From Convolutriloba macropyga (Eukaryota), in the NCBI RefSeq assembly GCF_964194025.1, contig NC_134471.1:61628001-61692000 (forward strand): a DNA stretch of 64,000 nt, given 5' to 3'. Positions 38,223-51,169 of the stretch are shown here, in pieces. The notes beneath the pieces are model-generated. The model was given only the letters and a program-made list of their open reading frames with translations, had not been told where the DNA came from and ran no database searches. The stretch's first letter is position 1; each line of letters starts with the position of its first letter. The translations under genes and the position numbers were made by a program.

Positions 38223-39106
38223 ATGTTTATTTTTTCTGCAAGTTTTGCAATAGCTGCAAGTGTAGAAAATCTGCCAACCGCGGAGTCCGAGTTCAATAGT
38301 CAGTATCACAACAGAAGAAAGATATTAGAGCCAATATCTGTTGCTCAAAACTACCTCTGGCCTCAGTTTGGTAAACGAAATTCCAAGATTTTGATTTTGG
38401 ACGGTTCCGAAAATTATTTCTTATCATACCTCATACCAATTGCGAAGTACTCCAGGATTTCTAATGTTTGCTTGAGCTCTATAGTTGTTCTAACAGATAG
38501 ATTCGAAGATGCGGAATTAATTTATGACAATATTTCAAACACATGGAGTCAGAAAGAAGATACTTTGAACTTAAATTCGGTGCAAAACACTTTTTCGGTC
38601 ATTTCGGCTACTGAATTGCTTGAGGAGCAAACTTTTGCATCGAAAAAGGAAACGAATTGGAGGGACAATGTTATCCGTATAGTTTATGCTTTAACACACG
38701 ATTTTCTGTACCACGGTTTGAGAAATTACAAATGCGTCATATTTGACGTCAAACAAGTTTCAGAAGATATGAAAAGCTTCATTGATCGATCGGAGGAAGT
38801 GCTTTCTAATGCACAAATTCTCACGTTTTGTCGGAAATTCAATAAACAGTTGCTTAAAATGTCTAATTTTGAGATTTCGACTAAAGTAGAAAACGTTTTA
38901 AGTCTGACTGTGATAACGGAGCCGCGAAATGCTTGTCTCGTGTCGCCTACAAGGCATATAATGTACATGGTTGATGGTATGACCAAGCATTGGTATGATT
39001 ACATGAAGGAAGTTATTCAGTGCACCGAGTGTAATGTGGCCATTTTCTGCAGTTCTGATAAAGACGTTCACATGCTGGAGGAGTTTTTCACGTCTATGTG
39101 CATTAC
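38223..39106 (+). CDS. Degenerate DEAD-box-fold protein (TDRD12/Yb-like helicase module), main exon (starts at ATG 38223 or acceptor 38254)
   Basis: Motifs in DEAD-box order but eroded: AQNYLWP (Q motif), ILILDGSENYFLSYLIPI (I), VVLTDRFEDA (Ia), CVIFDVKQ (II), QILTFC (III), VAIFCSS (IV). Donor AC|GTGAGT. Confidence 0.75.
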
Positions 39107-39898
39107 GTGAGTCTTTTTAAATTTAAATTATAGCTTGCCAAAAAAATTATTGCTTGTCAAAAAAATTAAGAAATTATAGCTTTTCAAAAAAAATCAAAGA
39201 TGTTTGCGGTTTGTTCAAGAAGAGAGTTGCACAAGTTGGTTGCATCAATGCGTTAAAATATATCCGTTGACCTTTTGGAAAGTAATCAAAGTATAGGAAG
39301 ATATTTAACTGCATTTTTTTTTTGTTTTAAGCTCTTCGTTGTGTTAAAATTTTTCTCCAACCAAGTTAATTGCTCTCAAACAAAGTGGCAATTATATTAG
39401 TCCTGCTTGTCTTATAAATGCCATTTTGCGTAGCTCGCCTTCAAAAACTTGATAAACAGGCTAAGCCCGGAGGTGATTGCAATAGTTCCATAACTTTAAT
39501 CACACTTTTGCCCAGTAACAGTGGCGATAAACGAGTGCAGTAATCTCATAGTCTAATGACGAAACAGATTTCGTAGTGTTAATGGGCTCCCGCATTTTTG
39601 AAAAACTTTGACAGAAGCTTGCAATATAAATAATTCAAGAAAAAAAAGAATTTATGTCTTGAACATGATTGAATGTATACAACTATTAGATATAGTTATC
39701 ATGAGACAAGAAACTTTAGCAAGAGCAGAAAAGACGACCGGCATGCCACAAAAAAGCTAACTAGAAGATGCCGCATGTGCTATATAATATATGCTAATTT
39801 TTAACTCGGGTAGGTGTCATAAACAGCCGTGGGAGTGAAACAGAAGAGGTGCCCTGATATTTCGATTTTGAATTTACTCTGTTAAATTTTTGTTTCAG

Positions 39899-40343
39899 GT
39901 CTTCGGTAGTTCCGAGCACTGTTTCCATTTCTGATGCTTGTCGAATCGCGAGTCAGTTTTCTGCTCTTTCCGATAGATGCAATATTATGATAATAAACGA
40001 TGAAGCAGTTATAGCTCCTGATAATACTTTGCAATATGAAAATGAAAACTTAATCACCATATTCGAGAAAGTTCACGCCATTCAAAGAGTGATCAACTTT
40101 TCAATACCTCCGTGTGAAGAAGCTTTAGCGAATCGGATTTGGACGATGAGAGATAACTTCAATCAGAAAGCGACCAGTAGAAAGGCTGAACTCCTCATGT
40201 TTAATTGTTACTATTTCGTGCCAATGAGCTTGAGATCTGATGTTGAGTTGAAACATTTGAAAGATATCATTTCCTATATCAAATTGTTTAAAAATGAATC
40301 ACATGCAACTGTTAAATCTGTCGAAGAATTTTACAAGCTGTAA
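39899..40343 (+). CDS. Degenerate DEAD-box-fold protein, last exon
   Basis: Acceptor ttttgtttcag|G in matching phase 2; IMIINDEAV (V) and RVINFSIPPCEEALANRIWTMRDNF (VI region); stop TAA at 40341-40343. Confidence 0.75.
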
Positions 40344-43300
40344 ATTGCTAATCTAATCTGATATCTAGCATTTTTAATTCTTTTTTATTCGTTTTGATCT
40401 TGATTTAAAATGTATAATTACGGCCAAATTTACTTTATCTTATTGGTTTTACTTTCAACAAATTAGAAACAAGGAGCCCCTTTCACCGAAAACATAATTT
40501 TTTGTTTCTACATTCTTCCCTGTTTACAATCAATTAGGTTTGAAATTGCACGTTGAAAGCAAATTGTACGATCTACTGACTCGTCGCCAGCTGAATAATT
40601 GTTCCAATTTCCAAAATATACGAAAGATAATCTATAAGAAATTTGTATTTTCGTTGACTTTGAAAACTTTAGAATTATAAAAATTGTAAGGAAACATGGG
40701 GTTTAGAAATGAAAAAATGGCCTTTATAGTTGAAAAACAGATAGAAATTTTTTCTTTGCCGTGTGTTAAATTAATTTTCAAATATAGAGATCGAGAACTG
40801 TTTTTAAGCTGATATAGTTATTATGAAACTCCTGGTCTCATTTGTCCATTCTTATAGACAATTGATCGTTTAGATATAAAAGAAGTTATTTCAGCGTGCT
40901 TTTCTTTAAATGTTTTGATCATTTTTTGGACTAGGTGAGGTTAGGAAAATTGGTCAGTTGATCAAAAGGATAACTAATGTTTTCTTCATTTTTCATTGAG
41001 CTTTTGCTAAAATGATCAAAGAAGACAACTAAGGAGAAGTTAAGTTAAATTTAGAGAACAAGAAGTGATTTTCAGTAAATTCAGGTACAAATTAAATATA
41101 AAAGATGCCTGGAGTCTATATGAGGTTTTTATTTAGCTCCCTCTTTTTATGAGATTTGTTTTGAGTTTTTCTCCAGATACCTGCTGTTGCAATCCAAAGA
41201 ATTGTAATGGATCTTTTCAGCCAGTTCTGGAAACGGGATGAACAGTTGAAGACCAATGCATTAATTTGCAATAGAGGCACTGAGCTGGATCTGAAATATT
41301 TTTTATTGCGAAGTGTTCTGAAGTTGCTTGGATTTCTTAAGCTTAAAAGTCAAGGTTAGAATTTCAATGAACATAATTTTTTGTCTAATAAAGGTTGGTC
41401 AAATCTGATTTGGCTCATAGGCTATAAGAAATGTATCTTTAATAGCCGCGAAACCATATTGAGGATATAAGTGTCTTCGTGATTTTTCGATTGTAAAGAA
41501 TTGGATTGGTTTGTTTTTTTATATCAGTGCACAATTGTTTGGTTTTTTCTGGACAACGAGAATTCATATTTTTTTAAGTCGAGTTTTTCTGTTCATCCTG
41601 GAGTATCAAAGGGATCGATAAGCGAGAAGGTTTGAAGCGTGAATTTCGAACTATCTTACAAGTTGAGGGAGAATTTGGTGTCTGAACAAATTTTGATTTT
41701 TCGGAAGGAGTTTTTCTCTTGAGTGAAATGTCACCCAAGTGCTGAGATTTTGCCTATTATCAATTGTCATTTGTCTTAATTCTTTAATGGGCAGATACTG
41801 TATATTATGACTTTGAAACCAATTGTTGTCATACGATATTCGTGATTTTTTTATTTTCCCCATACTTTAATAGCTATGACAGTGAGCTATTGTTGGTCTT
41901 CATTCGTCCCCACTAATGTTGAGATTTTTAAAATCCATTGGACCGTATTAGGGCGCTGGTTTTTAAATCTTTTTACACATTTTCGAATTTTTTATGTTAA
42001 TGAGAAGTCATATTGAATTCTGATTCGATTCACTTGGGAGTTGAAACGAGCCCGAAAAAGCAGGCAGTTTCAAATTTTTCTTTTTACGTATGTCAAAGTT
42101 CAATGGGCAGCGAATGGTTTTTGATTTTTATGATCTGCCTTCTTCAATTATTAATGATTTTAAGTTTTGCCATTATTTGCTGATCTCAGTGTTGTCATAG
42201 TACTTGAATTTATTGATGATCGTTCAGATGATCTTTCTATTGGAGCATAACCATACCTGTTTATTTTCTGGAGATTATAGCCTACGGTCTTTATGACTTC
42301 TTGAATTTTTAAGTTTCGTGTAATCTTAACAGTTAATGGTTAATGATTTTAATTTGGACGAGGTGGTTTTCATAAAGTGTTTGTGAAACCCTCATTTGTT
42401 GTTGTTTTGGCGTCATTTTTTCTCTTTAGCATTAGTTCGACGTAAGTTTTTTTAACAGTGCAAATGTGAACCTATTAATATATTGAGCTGGTTGTGAAAT
42501 TTTGCGTGACTTTGGCATTGACGTTTTTTTGCTGTGTCACTCTGTCTCAAAAATGACGGATTCCATCTGCGCTCCATTGCAATAAAACGTGATCCCTTTA
42601 GTTTCTTTTGTTGACCGGCATTCTTTTTGTGCTTAGACACAGAAAGATTTCCGTTCCAATCACTTGCTTTGATTTTTGTTTTCATGTCACTTATTGTAAT
42701 TAATAAAGAAGTTTGTGGGTAATTTACGCTAGATACTTTTTTTGCTGAACGGACTTCACTATTTTGTAACGTGTTTTGATGATTTTGACTTTAAAAAACT
42801 GGGAAACATATGTTTCTTTTAATTTGTTTTTCTGTTGTTTTTTGTTTGATTTGTCATGTGCTTTTTTTGGCCATCAAAGGTTTTTTCATGTTAAACGGTT
42901 TCTAGTTTGTTCGATCCTTTGAATTGTAGTTCAGGAGACTTCTGCAATGTTTTTTAATTCGTCAGCTTAACCTAATTTTGTTAAAAATATTTGAAACCAG
43001 TTTTTGTTGACTTCTACCACTCATTAATTACTTTGAGTGCGTGAAGTCATTTATTAGGTTAACCGTGTGATCACAGATTACTTATATCACTCATGAAAAT
43101 GAATTTTGCCCCCTTGGTTGTTTACCGACCTCTATAACGCAAAAGACGGTCTCGGCTTCTGCTTTTGACTGTGTTATATGACTGATGTAGTCTATTTATA
43201 ATGTAAACTCTTAAGCAGTTTTCATTAAAGGTCACGCAAACTAGATAAGCACAAGCCATTTTGCATTGACCGTAGAATATTTTTTGAAATTTGGTTCGAA

Positions 43301-44290
43301 AATAAGGATAGAATTTGAGACCAGAACTTTGTTTGCTTAGCAATTTTTTTCGTCTTTGCTCTAAGTGATCCATTTCTGGCGGCAATGATTTATCTTGCGG
43401 GTGTTTTCCGACAATATACCCGTCATGTTTAGGTTGTTTTCTGGTGTATATCTTCTGTTTATTAGAAGATTGTCCCCAAAAATTATGTAGGTTTTGCATT
43501 TTTCCAGTTTTTTAATTGTAGTTCTCTTTGAGCTCCAGGTTTTTAATTGATAAGTGATTAAGAGCCGAGCACATAGAACGTATACAAAGGATTTCACTTC
43601 TAGTTGCTTTAGAATAATACGAAGAATAATACGAATACTTCTGATATCACTTATAACGCTTTTGACAAGATTTTAGCTTAAAGTATGTTGGTATGCTACG
43701 CACAGAGTCGCCGGAGCCGCCTTGTTACGTTTCTCTTTCGGTGTCAGTTGTTCTACCCGAAGTGAACTGTATCGAAATTGCTTAGAAAGCTTCTGTGCAT
43801 AATATGCATATTTTTGAAGCAATTGATCATTTTTATGCATTTTTTAAGAACTGTTTTGGCTTTTATTCTGAGATGTATTCCACTGTGAATGTTGAACTTG
43901 AATAAGGAAAAACTATTGATGTATGGGAGTATCGGCAAAAAGCGGCTAGATCCCGAAACAAATTTGTTTTCAATATCTTTGTGGGATGAACGCTATATTC
44001 CCTTATGCTCTATGTCAAGAGCAATGGATTCAATTTTTGCTGGTCTTAAAATTGAAAAAGGTATTTGTTCATTTTGAAGTTTAGTCTTGTTTAGTCATCA
44101 AACGGTTTAAATTTATAACTATACATTGCAGTCTGAGCGCTGAAAGCTGGCATTTTTACTGAAAATATCTTTCTAAAGACAACGGTAAATCGTTTGTTCT
44201 TTTATATGCTCAATGAATTTTCGCTACACTGTTTTACTTCAAAATTGAGATGCTTCTATAAAACTTAATGTAATGTATTGTTTTACATTG

Positions 44291-44345
44291 ATGTTTGTTT
44301 TAATTTGTAATGTTTGTTTTAATTTGTAATGTTTGTTTTAATTTG
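44291..44345. repeat. 19-bp tandem repeat x ~3
   Basis: atgtttgttttaatttgta repeated. Confidence 0.9.
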
Positions 44346-44892
44346 ATTCTCATGACTTCATTTTGAAGATTTACGGGTTTTCGGTGGTAGTCATTTTATA
44401 AGTTTAAAACTGTTGTTTTCTTTAAAAAAATTAGGATCTAAGGAATATATGTTATTACAGTTTTGATTAATTGCTCTCAAAGTTTCGAGCAATTGTTTTA
44501 ATTGAGTTGTTTTTTTTCTGGAAATTTCTGGCTTCGCTGTTTTTTTAAAGCTTTGTTGTAAAGCTTCGGTGATTTGGCTTCTCAGGTGACTTCTCCGAAT
44601 TATTTATTGATTTGCGCGTGATCTAAATTGTTCTCTCATTCATAATTATCTAATTTAATTTAAGTGGCGGTGAGTTAGTAAGAGTCTGAGGAGTACCTCA
44701 AAATTTTAGTTGTCGGTCTAAATGTTATGAAATAATGTGTAAAATAAGCTTTGATGACACCATTTGAAGCTCCATGATGAAAATATATAGCCTACTACCC
44801 TCACAGCTTAATTAAATTGAACCGTGGCCTGTTTTTATTTTTCTTAATTGATATTTGTTTTGCATTATTATTTTTTGCCAGTAATAATGTTT

Positions 44893-44930
<38 letters not shown>
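44893..44930. repeat. (TTG)n microsatellite, ~12 units
   Basis: Direct reading. Confidence 0.97.
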
Positions 44931-44933
<3 letters not shown>

Positions 44934-45589
44934 TTAAATTGAATCAGCGTTGTTTTCATTTGTAAAAAATGGTTAGCTGATGGGATCGATATGCTTGATT
45001 CCCCTGGAATGTGTTGAATAACCTATTTGTTTGCAAGCAGAGAGAGAATCTTCTATCCGGGTACAGCAATAGCTTCAGATTTCTACATTCCCCTGTATTG
45101 TTTTTTCCATTCAGAGACCAGATTTAAATGATGGGCGAGCAAGAATATCGATGCATATATCATCGATCAATATATCAAGCATATTTTCAAGTTTTCACAT
45201 CGCTATTTTTCAATTATTTTTTGAAGCTGTCAATGATTGTGTGGTATAATTTATTGAGAAAACCTCTTAGAATCCTTGAGGATTGATTCTTGATTGGTTT
45301 AAGTCTCAATCAAACCATTTTCCAGTAGCTCAAAAGCTCAACGAATCGACTAATAATTGTCGTCTGCACCTTGAAACGGTTTTCATAAGATAAATTTTTT
45401 TGTAAATCGCTTGCTCATTTGAGCTCTGAGCACCTTAAACTTCACGAATCTCTGTAGTCAAATATTACTTAGTGATATTAAAAAATCATTTAAGCTTGGC
45501 ACCAATCGGTTCATGTGATACCTGATCGACATCATCAAAGACATATGAGAGATATTGTAGTAGCTTAGTAGCTTTTGACGAAACTATTA

Positions 45590-47212
45590 GTACGACAAAA
45601 GCGAATATAGTCCACATTTTTGGCCGGTATCATGCATAAAAATACTGACGGCTTGCTACGTTTTTTGGGACCAAAAGTAGGAAGAAAACAGCGCTTCTCA
45701 CGGTCAAAGTTGACACTGTCAAGGACGAAGCTTCAGGGTCAAAAAGGACATTTTCGGCAATGTCATTTTTGGCCGTGAAAAAAGTCTTTTTCCTATATTT
45801 TTGCTAAAATATTAGCAAACTATCTGTAGTTTTGGCTTTCCGAAAAAAACTCTTATTAAAGACTGAAGAAATAAATAAATTCATCAAGTTGTTTCAAGTT
45901 TTTTGTTGAAGAAAATATCAATTATTTCGAATAATTAATCGGAATTTTTGGCCCGTTAAACTGGGAAACAATTAATAAGTTCTGTCACCATGTTACGCAC
46001 TAACTTTTTTGGGCATTGTCCTGATGTTTTAGAGGGTAATAATAAGAGTATTTAACTAAAAGTATCTCCATTGTACAATGACATATGGTTGTTTCATAGT
46101 GCGATTTTAGCTGATATAATTTCAATGTTAGTAATAGCCGTTTATTGAGCGGTTGGAATCCGTGATATATCCACTGATTGCCTTGTTTTTTAATAGTTTT
46201 TTATTGCTATATTCAAGTTCTGTGAGTGTCTACTATTACTTAGGAATTTAAATAAAGTTTTCTTGTTCAATTATTTTCTCGGAAATTAGATAGTATTTTT
46301 TGAAGGAAGAAATATGAGTTTCAAGAGTATTTCTGAGTTTCACTATCAACTGGTTATCAGGCTGGTTCTCCGGTGTTCTGGTGATGGTAGATTCAGCAGA
46401 ATTTTTAACCAATTATACAAATTCATCTTCACTGAACTCAAAAGGTAAATACTGAGGCTCTTGGGTACGTAATGTTTATCAGTAATCTATCAGTATGCGG
46501 TTATTTTCAATTAACATAAACAACTAGAGATTACAGTCCTAGATAGAAAAACGGATTAAATATGGCTTTGAAAACTATCTGAATTTGAACTAATTTATAG
46601 CACTCTATATGGATATTTAAGGGAAAAACATCACGTAGCTGTGAGGCACAAAATTGGGGCGTTTTTCGTCTTGAGAAAATTATACATCAAAGAACTATTT
46701 TTCTAAAGAGCGCATAGAATACACTAAAACGCTTATTAATTTCAAGAGCCTAGCAGGATAAGTCCTCAAAATACGTTTGTAATAAATTGAATGAAAAGCT
46801 TGAAAATCATGGACTTGAATAGTAGAAGACTAATTTAACATTACAAGCCCAACAGACAAAAAGTTCTCTTGAACTCAACAAACTGAGAAAACTTGAAATA
46901 AGTAGCAGAACTTATTACTTATGTGTTTAGCCTTTAATAATCATTTTTTTCAAAAAGTCAACTGAAGTTTTTGACGAAAAAAAAACTTGGGGAAAAACTA
47001 AACTTTTTTCACGGTTAAAAATGAAACAGCCGATAATGCTGTTTTTGGTGCTGTGGTTTTTGACGGGGAAAAGCGTTGGTTTTTACTACTTTAGTGCAAA
47101 AAACGTAGCATGCCGGCTATGCAAAAAAAACGACAATACTCAAGCTTTCTCATGCAAGATACCGAATAGAAGACGAAACCGACCAAAAGATATGGCTACA
47201 TATCGTCCTTTT
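45590..47212. mobile_element. Fold-back/MITE-like element with ~340-bp diverged inverted arms just upstream of RABL3
   Basis: cggcttgctacgtttttt (45649) versus aaaaaacgtagcatgccg (47098); catttttggccgtgaaaaaa versus ttttttcacggttaaaaatg. Confidence 0.7.
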
Positions 47213-47426
47213 ACCGGCCTTCTCTCAAGTTTTAATACAAGAGTTTTTAGGAGTTGGCGAAACATAGCAAAGGCAATCTCCAAGTCTTTAAAGTCATTAC
47301 ATTGTCACCTCACTAATAGTCTAATTCCCTGCCTTCAAGTTGAAAATTCAATATTCGTCGAGTCCTGAATTTCAGAAAAATATATGGATTTAGATTTACT
47401 CTTTTGAAGCTCAATTGGGTTTTGCC

Positions 47427-47612
47427 ATGCTGAGGTCTAGTGCTCACATTGGCTCCTCGTCCTCAGGGACTGCAGCTTCTCTCAGCAGTTACGACTGTCT
47501 TCGAATCCTAGTGTTAGGAGACAGCGGAGTGGGCAAAAGTAGTCTGGTCCACATTCTGTGTCATGGATCTGTGCTGACTAACCCTACATGGACAATTGGG
47601 GCTTCGGTTGAA
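47427..47612 (+). CDS. RABL3: Rab-like protein 3, exon 1
   Basis: GCCATG start; [20 protein letters not shown]...[11 protein letters not shown] matches the RABL3 N-terminus; donor GAA|GTAAGG. Confidence 0.92.
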
Positions 47613-47995
47613 GTAAGGCCCTCAGATAATAGATTTTCACCAGTGTTATCTATGGAATCGAATGAATAATGCGTGCAGAATAGAAAGCCTTAGTGCCTAA
47701 AATAAAATTATTGATATCCTTTATTAGTCTCCGCATAAATATCTTCACTGAAGTGAAGTCTTTTGATTTAACATTTCTTTAAAATATATCATCGCAAGGA
47801 ATGTTCCCTGAATGGTGTAAAGGGAATTAACTTTTCCAAACTAAAATGCTACGTTTTTTGATTTTGTGTACTTTGTGCGTTCATTATATATGCCGCGGTG
47901 AGGCTTTTTGCGGGAGACATTTTTTGACAGCAAATAACATTTTTTTTTGCAATCCTCTGAACGTGCCAGTGAAGTGATGTAGTTTAATTTGTTAG

Positions 47996-48132
47996 GTGAA
48001 GCTGCACTTTTACAAAGAGGGCAGTGATCTACATCAAGAGAGCAGTGAACAACAGAAGCCAGTGATCATAGAGTTCTTCGACATAGGGGGATCTCTGCAA
48101 CACAAAACCAGCAGGCACATTTTCTACCAGAA
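47996..48132 (+). CDS. RABL3: Rab-like protein 3, exon 2 (not in the ORF track)
   Basis: ttgttag|GTG; VKLHFYKEG...VIIEFFDIGGS...SRHIFYQ; phase-2 donor AA|GTCGGT restores FYQNFHG spacing. Confidence 0.88.
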
Positions 48133-48476
48133 GTCGGTTACTTAATCGAACGACAGACTACATCTTTGTTATTTTTATCTCTGTCTTGACTCTAATACAG
48201 TAAATCTAGTACGTCCGCTACTGTTGCGCCTTTTCTGAAAAATTTGTTACCTTTGAGATTTTCGGAACGATTATAGTAAAAATGTTGGATATTATGCATT
48301 CGTTCTTTGGTTTTTCGGTAGAACTTACGTCAAACCTAAATTGGCTATGTTTGCATTGCTTTACAACTGAGGAGTATAATGAATAAAATATTGCCATCTT
48401 ATCTTGAATGGTTTCACCAATTGATGAGTTATTGTTCCCTTTTTGTCAATGTCTGCATTCTTTGTTTCTTTCGCAG

Positions 48477-48638
48477 CTTCCACGGAGTGATGTTCGTGCA
48501 TGATTTGACCAACAAGAAGTCTCTTCGCAATCTGCTCAAGTGGAATGATGAGTTAGTCTATAGGGACCAGGAGAACCCAGGTGGTCCAATATCGTACGAG
48601 AGCCTGATGAGAGGGTACACAGATTACAGAACTGACAG
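48477..48638 (+). CDS. RABL3: Rab-like protein 3, exon 3
   Basis: tttcgcag|C; FHGVMFVHDLTNKKSLRNLLKW; donor AG|GTTAAC in phase 2. Confidence 0.88.
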
Positions 48639-49347
48639 GTTAACTAATCAAGTCTTGAAAATATTTTTGTTTCATTCGTTGTTTCGACTCCAATAAGGAT
48701 GGAACTAGTGCAACCTTCTTTTTTCTTTACAGGCCTGTTACCGATCGAAATTTGTTGTATCTGTGAAAATTCCTTGGAAAACTGTGAAGGCAGGTTCTAA
48801 TATTCTTAGTTTAGAAGGGAACGAGTCTGTATTTTTCTCAATGTTTGTTTTTAATATAAAACTTTCATTAATAATAGCTGCGTAGCCATAGCTGAATGGA
48901 GCTATTGTTAGTCATTTCTTAGTTTTTGTAACGTAACCTGGAGTGTTTTTTTTTCAGGCGGCGTTTTGACCTACAAGCAAATGATTAAATTTGCCGTTTG
49001 AACTAATTTTGGCTAAGCGAGAGAAGTTTTCGCTCATGCGCTGCTTCGAGTGAATAAATTTTGGACTTCGAAAAGTGTTTTTGAGAGAATGTGGCTTATA
49101 GATAACCGTTTTCAGCCGTTTTCGCCCATTTGGCTTCTTAGTGTACCCCTTCTAGTTAGATTTTCGGAGAAAAATTTTGATCGACGCTATATCAATATGT
49201 ATACCCTCTGTAATTCATTTACGTTATTTTTCAGAGCATAGAAAACGCTTCATGTGCAAAATTGGCTCATGTTTTTCTTTGTTTTAATTATTTTTTGGCT
49301 TTATTAATTTTGGAGAACTGAGCGAATAGTTGTACTCAGTGTATGTA

Positions 49348-51166
49348 GTTTACACAGATGTCGCCACCAAGGAGGAACTATCTGTTACGTTTTTAGAATG
49401 CTGCAACCCCAAAACAAAAATGTAGTTGTTTTTGAGACGTAAAATTTAGTTTTCAGTTTATTTAATTCAGTTCAATTTCTAAGAATGTTATCTGTCTTAT
49501 AATTTTCTAATAAGAGTTCGAAAGTTTAAAGGTGGAAGCTTAAGTGGATACTTGTTATTTAATGTGGCATTACCGTGGTCAGTTATTTTATTTTATTGCT
49601 TTCTCTTCGTCTTTTAAAATTTGGCTATTTTTCAGCGTTATGTTACCAATATGTGGTTTCAAGCTTCACAAATTGAGCTCTCTCAGTCCTTTCATGCGGG
49701 AAATATGTGAAGATAAAAGTCGTTGTTGTTTTTGTATGTTTTGTATGTTTTCAGAATTATGTCGTTATTCTTTTTGTTCATTTTTAGTATGCAGTTGTGA
49801 CGAAAGTGTTTGAGTTGCCTCGTTTTTCTCTCTTAAGGGAGCATATTTTTTTTAATAGCCGCACAGCGATAGCTGGGGCTATTATTGACCTTCTCTTGGT
49901 TTTTTTATTTCGTCGTCATGATTTTTGTTACGACCATATGACGTCACAGCCACTTTTTGTTCATTCGTTCATGCAATTTCAACTGAATTGTATGTGTGAC
50001 GTCATTTTTGCTCTTAGTGGAGCGAGTTTTTTGTTCATGCGCGTGATCAAATTTTTGGTCACACTTGACTTACCTCACTCTCAAAATGACTTCCTAACTT
50101 TGAAATTGACTTTTATTTACTTTAATTCAAAGAGATAAGGTCAAATGGGTGTGTGTCACACTAAATGAAGGTTATTTGAGATCAGCTAATAGAGGCAGCA
50201 ATAACTTATACAGATTTTTAATCAAAATATAACAGATCAGCCTTCAATGAAAAGACGAATTTTTTTGGTCTGTCTTTTTTACTGTTTTTTTTAGACTGCC
50301 GGTCTACAAATCTATTGCGGCTATTTTCTGGCAATCTGCCAGCTATGTTTATTTTTTTAATCATCGCATTGTTATTGGTCAAAATACCAACTGGGCGGCC
50401 GATGCCAACTGCGCAAATTATAACAAATTTTTTCCAAATCAGAATGACATCTCGTTCATTGGTAACAAATTTACCTTGAATGCTTCTGTTTGTGACAAAA
50501 CATGTTTTTCTGTTATTAAAGTTTGCACATAATAATTCGATTCTGAGTTTGTTGTCCTATTTCTCCATTTTTTTGCTTGATAAACTGAAATAAATTTTTT
50601 CGCAGTTTCTTTTGGGCTGGGTTTCCGTAGTTTTTTTTTTACTATTTTGAATTTTGGAATAGATCGGTTTAATCTTTGCCATATTTACACAGATGTCGCC
50701 ACCACAGAAGAATACGTTTTTAGAATGCTGCAATCCCTAAACAAAAATTTTGTTGTTTTTTGAGACGTTAAATTTAGTTTTCAGTTTATTTAATTCAGTT
50801 CAATTTCTGAGGATTTTATCTGCCTGATATTTTTCTAGTGTCCTTGGTTCGAAGTTTAATACCGAAGCTTAATTTTTGGATACTTGTTGTTTAATGTGAC
50901 AGTTATTAGCTTGGTCAGTTTTTTTTGTTTTTTGTTGCTTTCTCTTCGTCTTTTAAAATTTGCCTATTTTTCAGCGTTGTTACCAATGTGTGGTTGCAAG
51001 CTTTACAAATTGAGATTTCTCGGTCCTTTCATGCGCGAAATATGTGAAGATAAAAATCTGTGTTGTTTTTGTATGTTTTGTATGTTTTCAGAATTATGTC
51101 GTTATTCTTTTTGTTCAATTTTAGTATGCAGTTGAGACGAAAGTGTTTGAGTTGCCTCATTTTTCT
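49348..51166. repeat. Two diverged direct copies of a ~480-bp sequence (49348-49830 and 50685-51166)
   Basis: Shared ttacacagatgtcgccacca ... gacgaaagtgtttgagttgcctc. Confidence 0.8.
49853..50350 (+). mobile_element. Helentron/DINE-like element, family A, internally deleted derivative in RABL3 intron 3
   Basis: Same ends as 11060-11944 with about 390 bp of the interior missing; flanked by T-tracts. Confidence 0.82.
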
Positions 51167-51169
51167 CGC

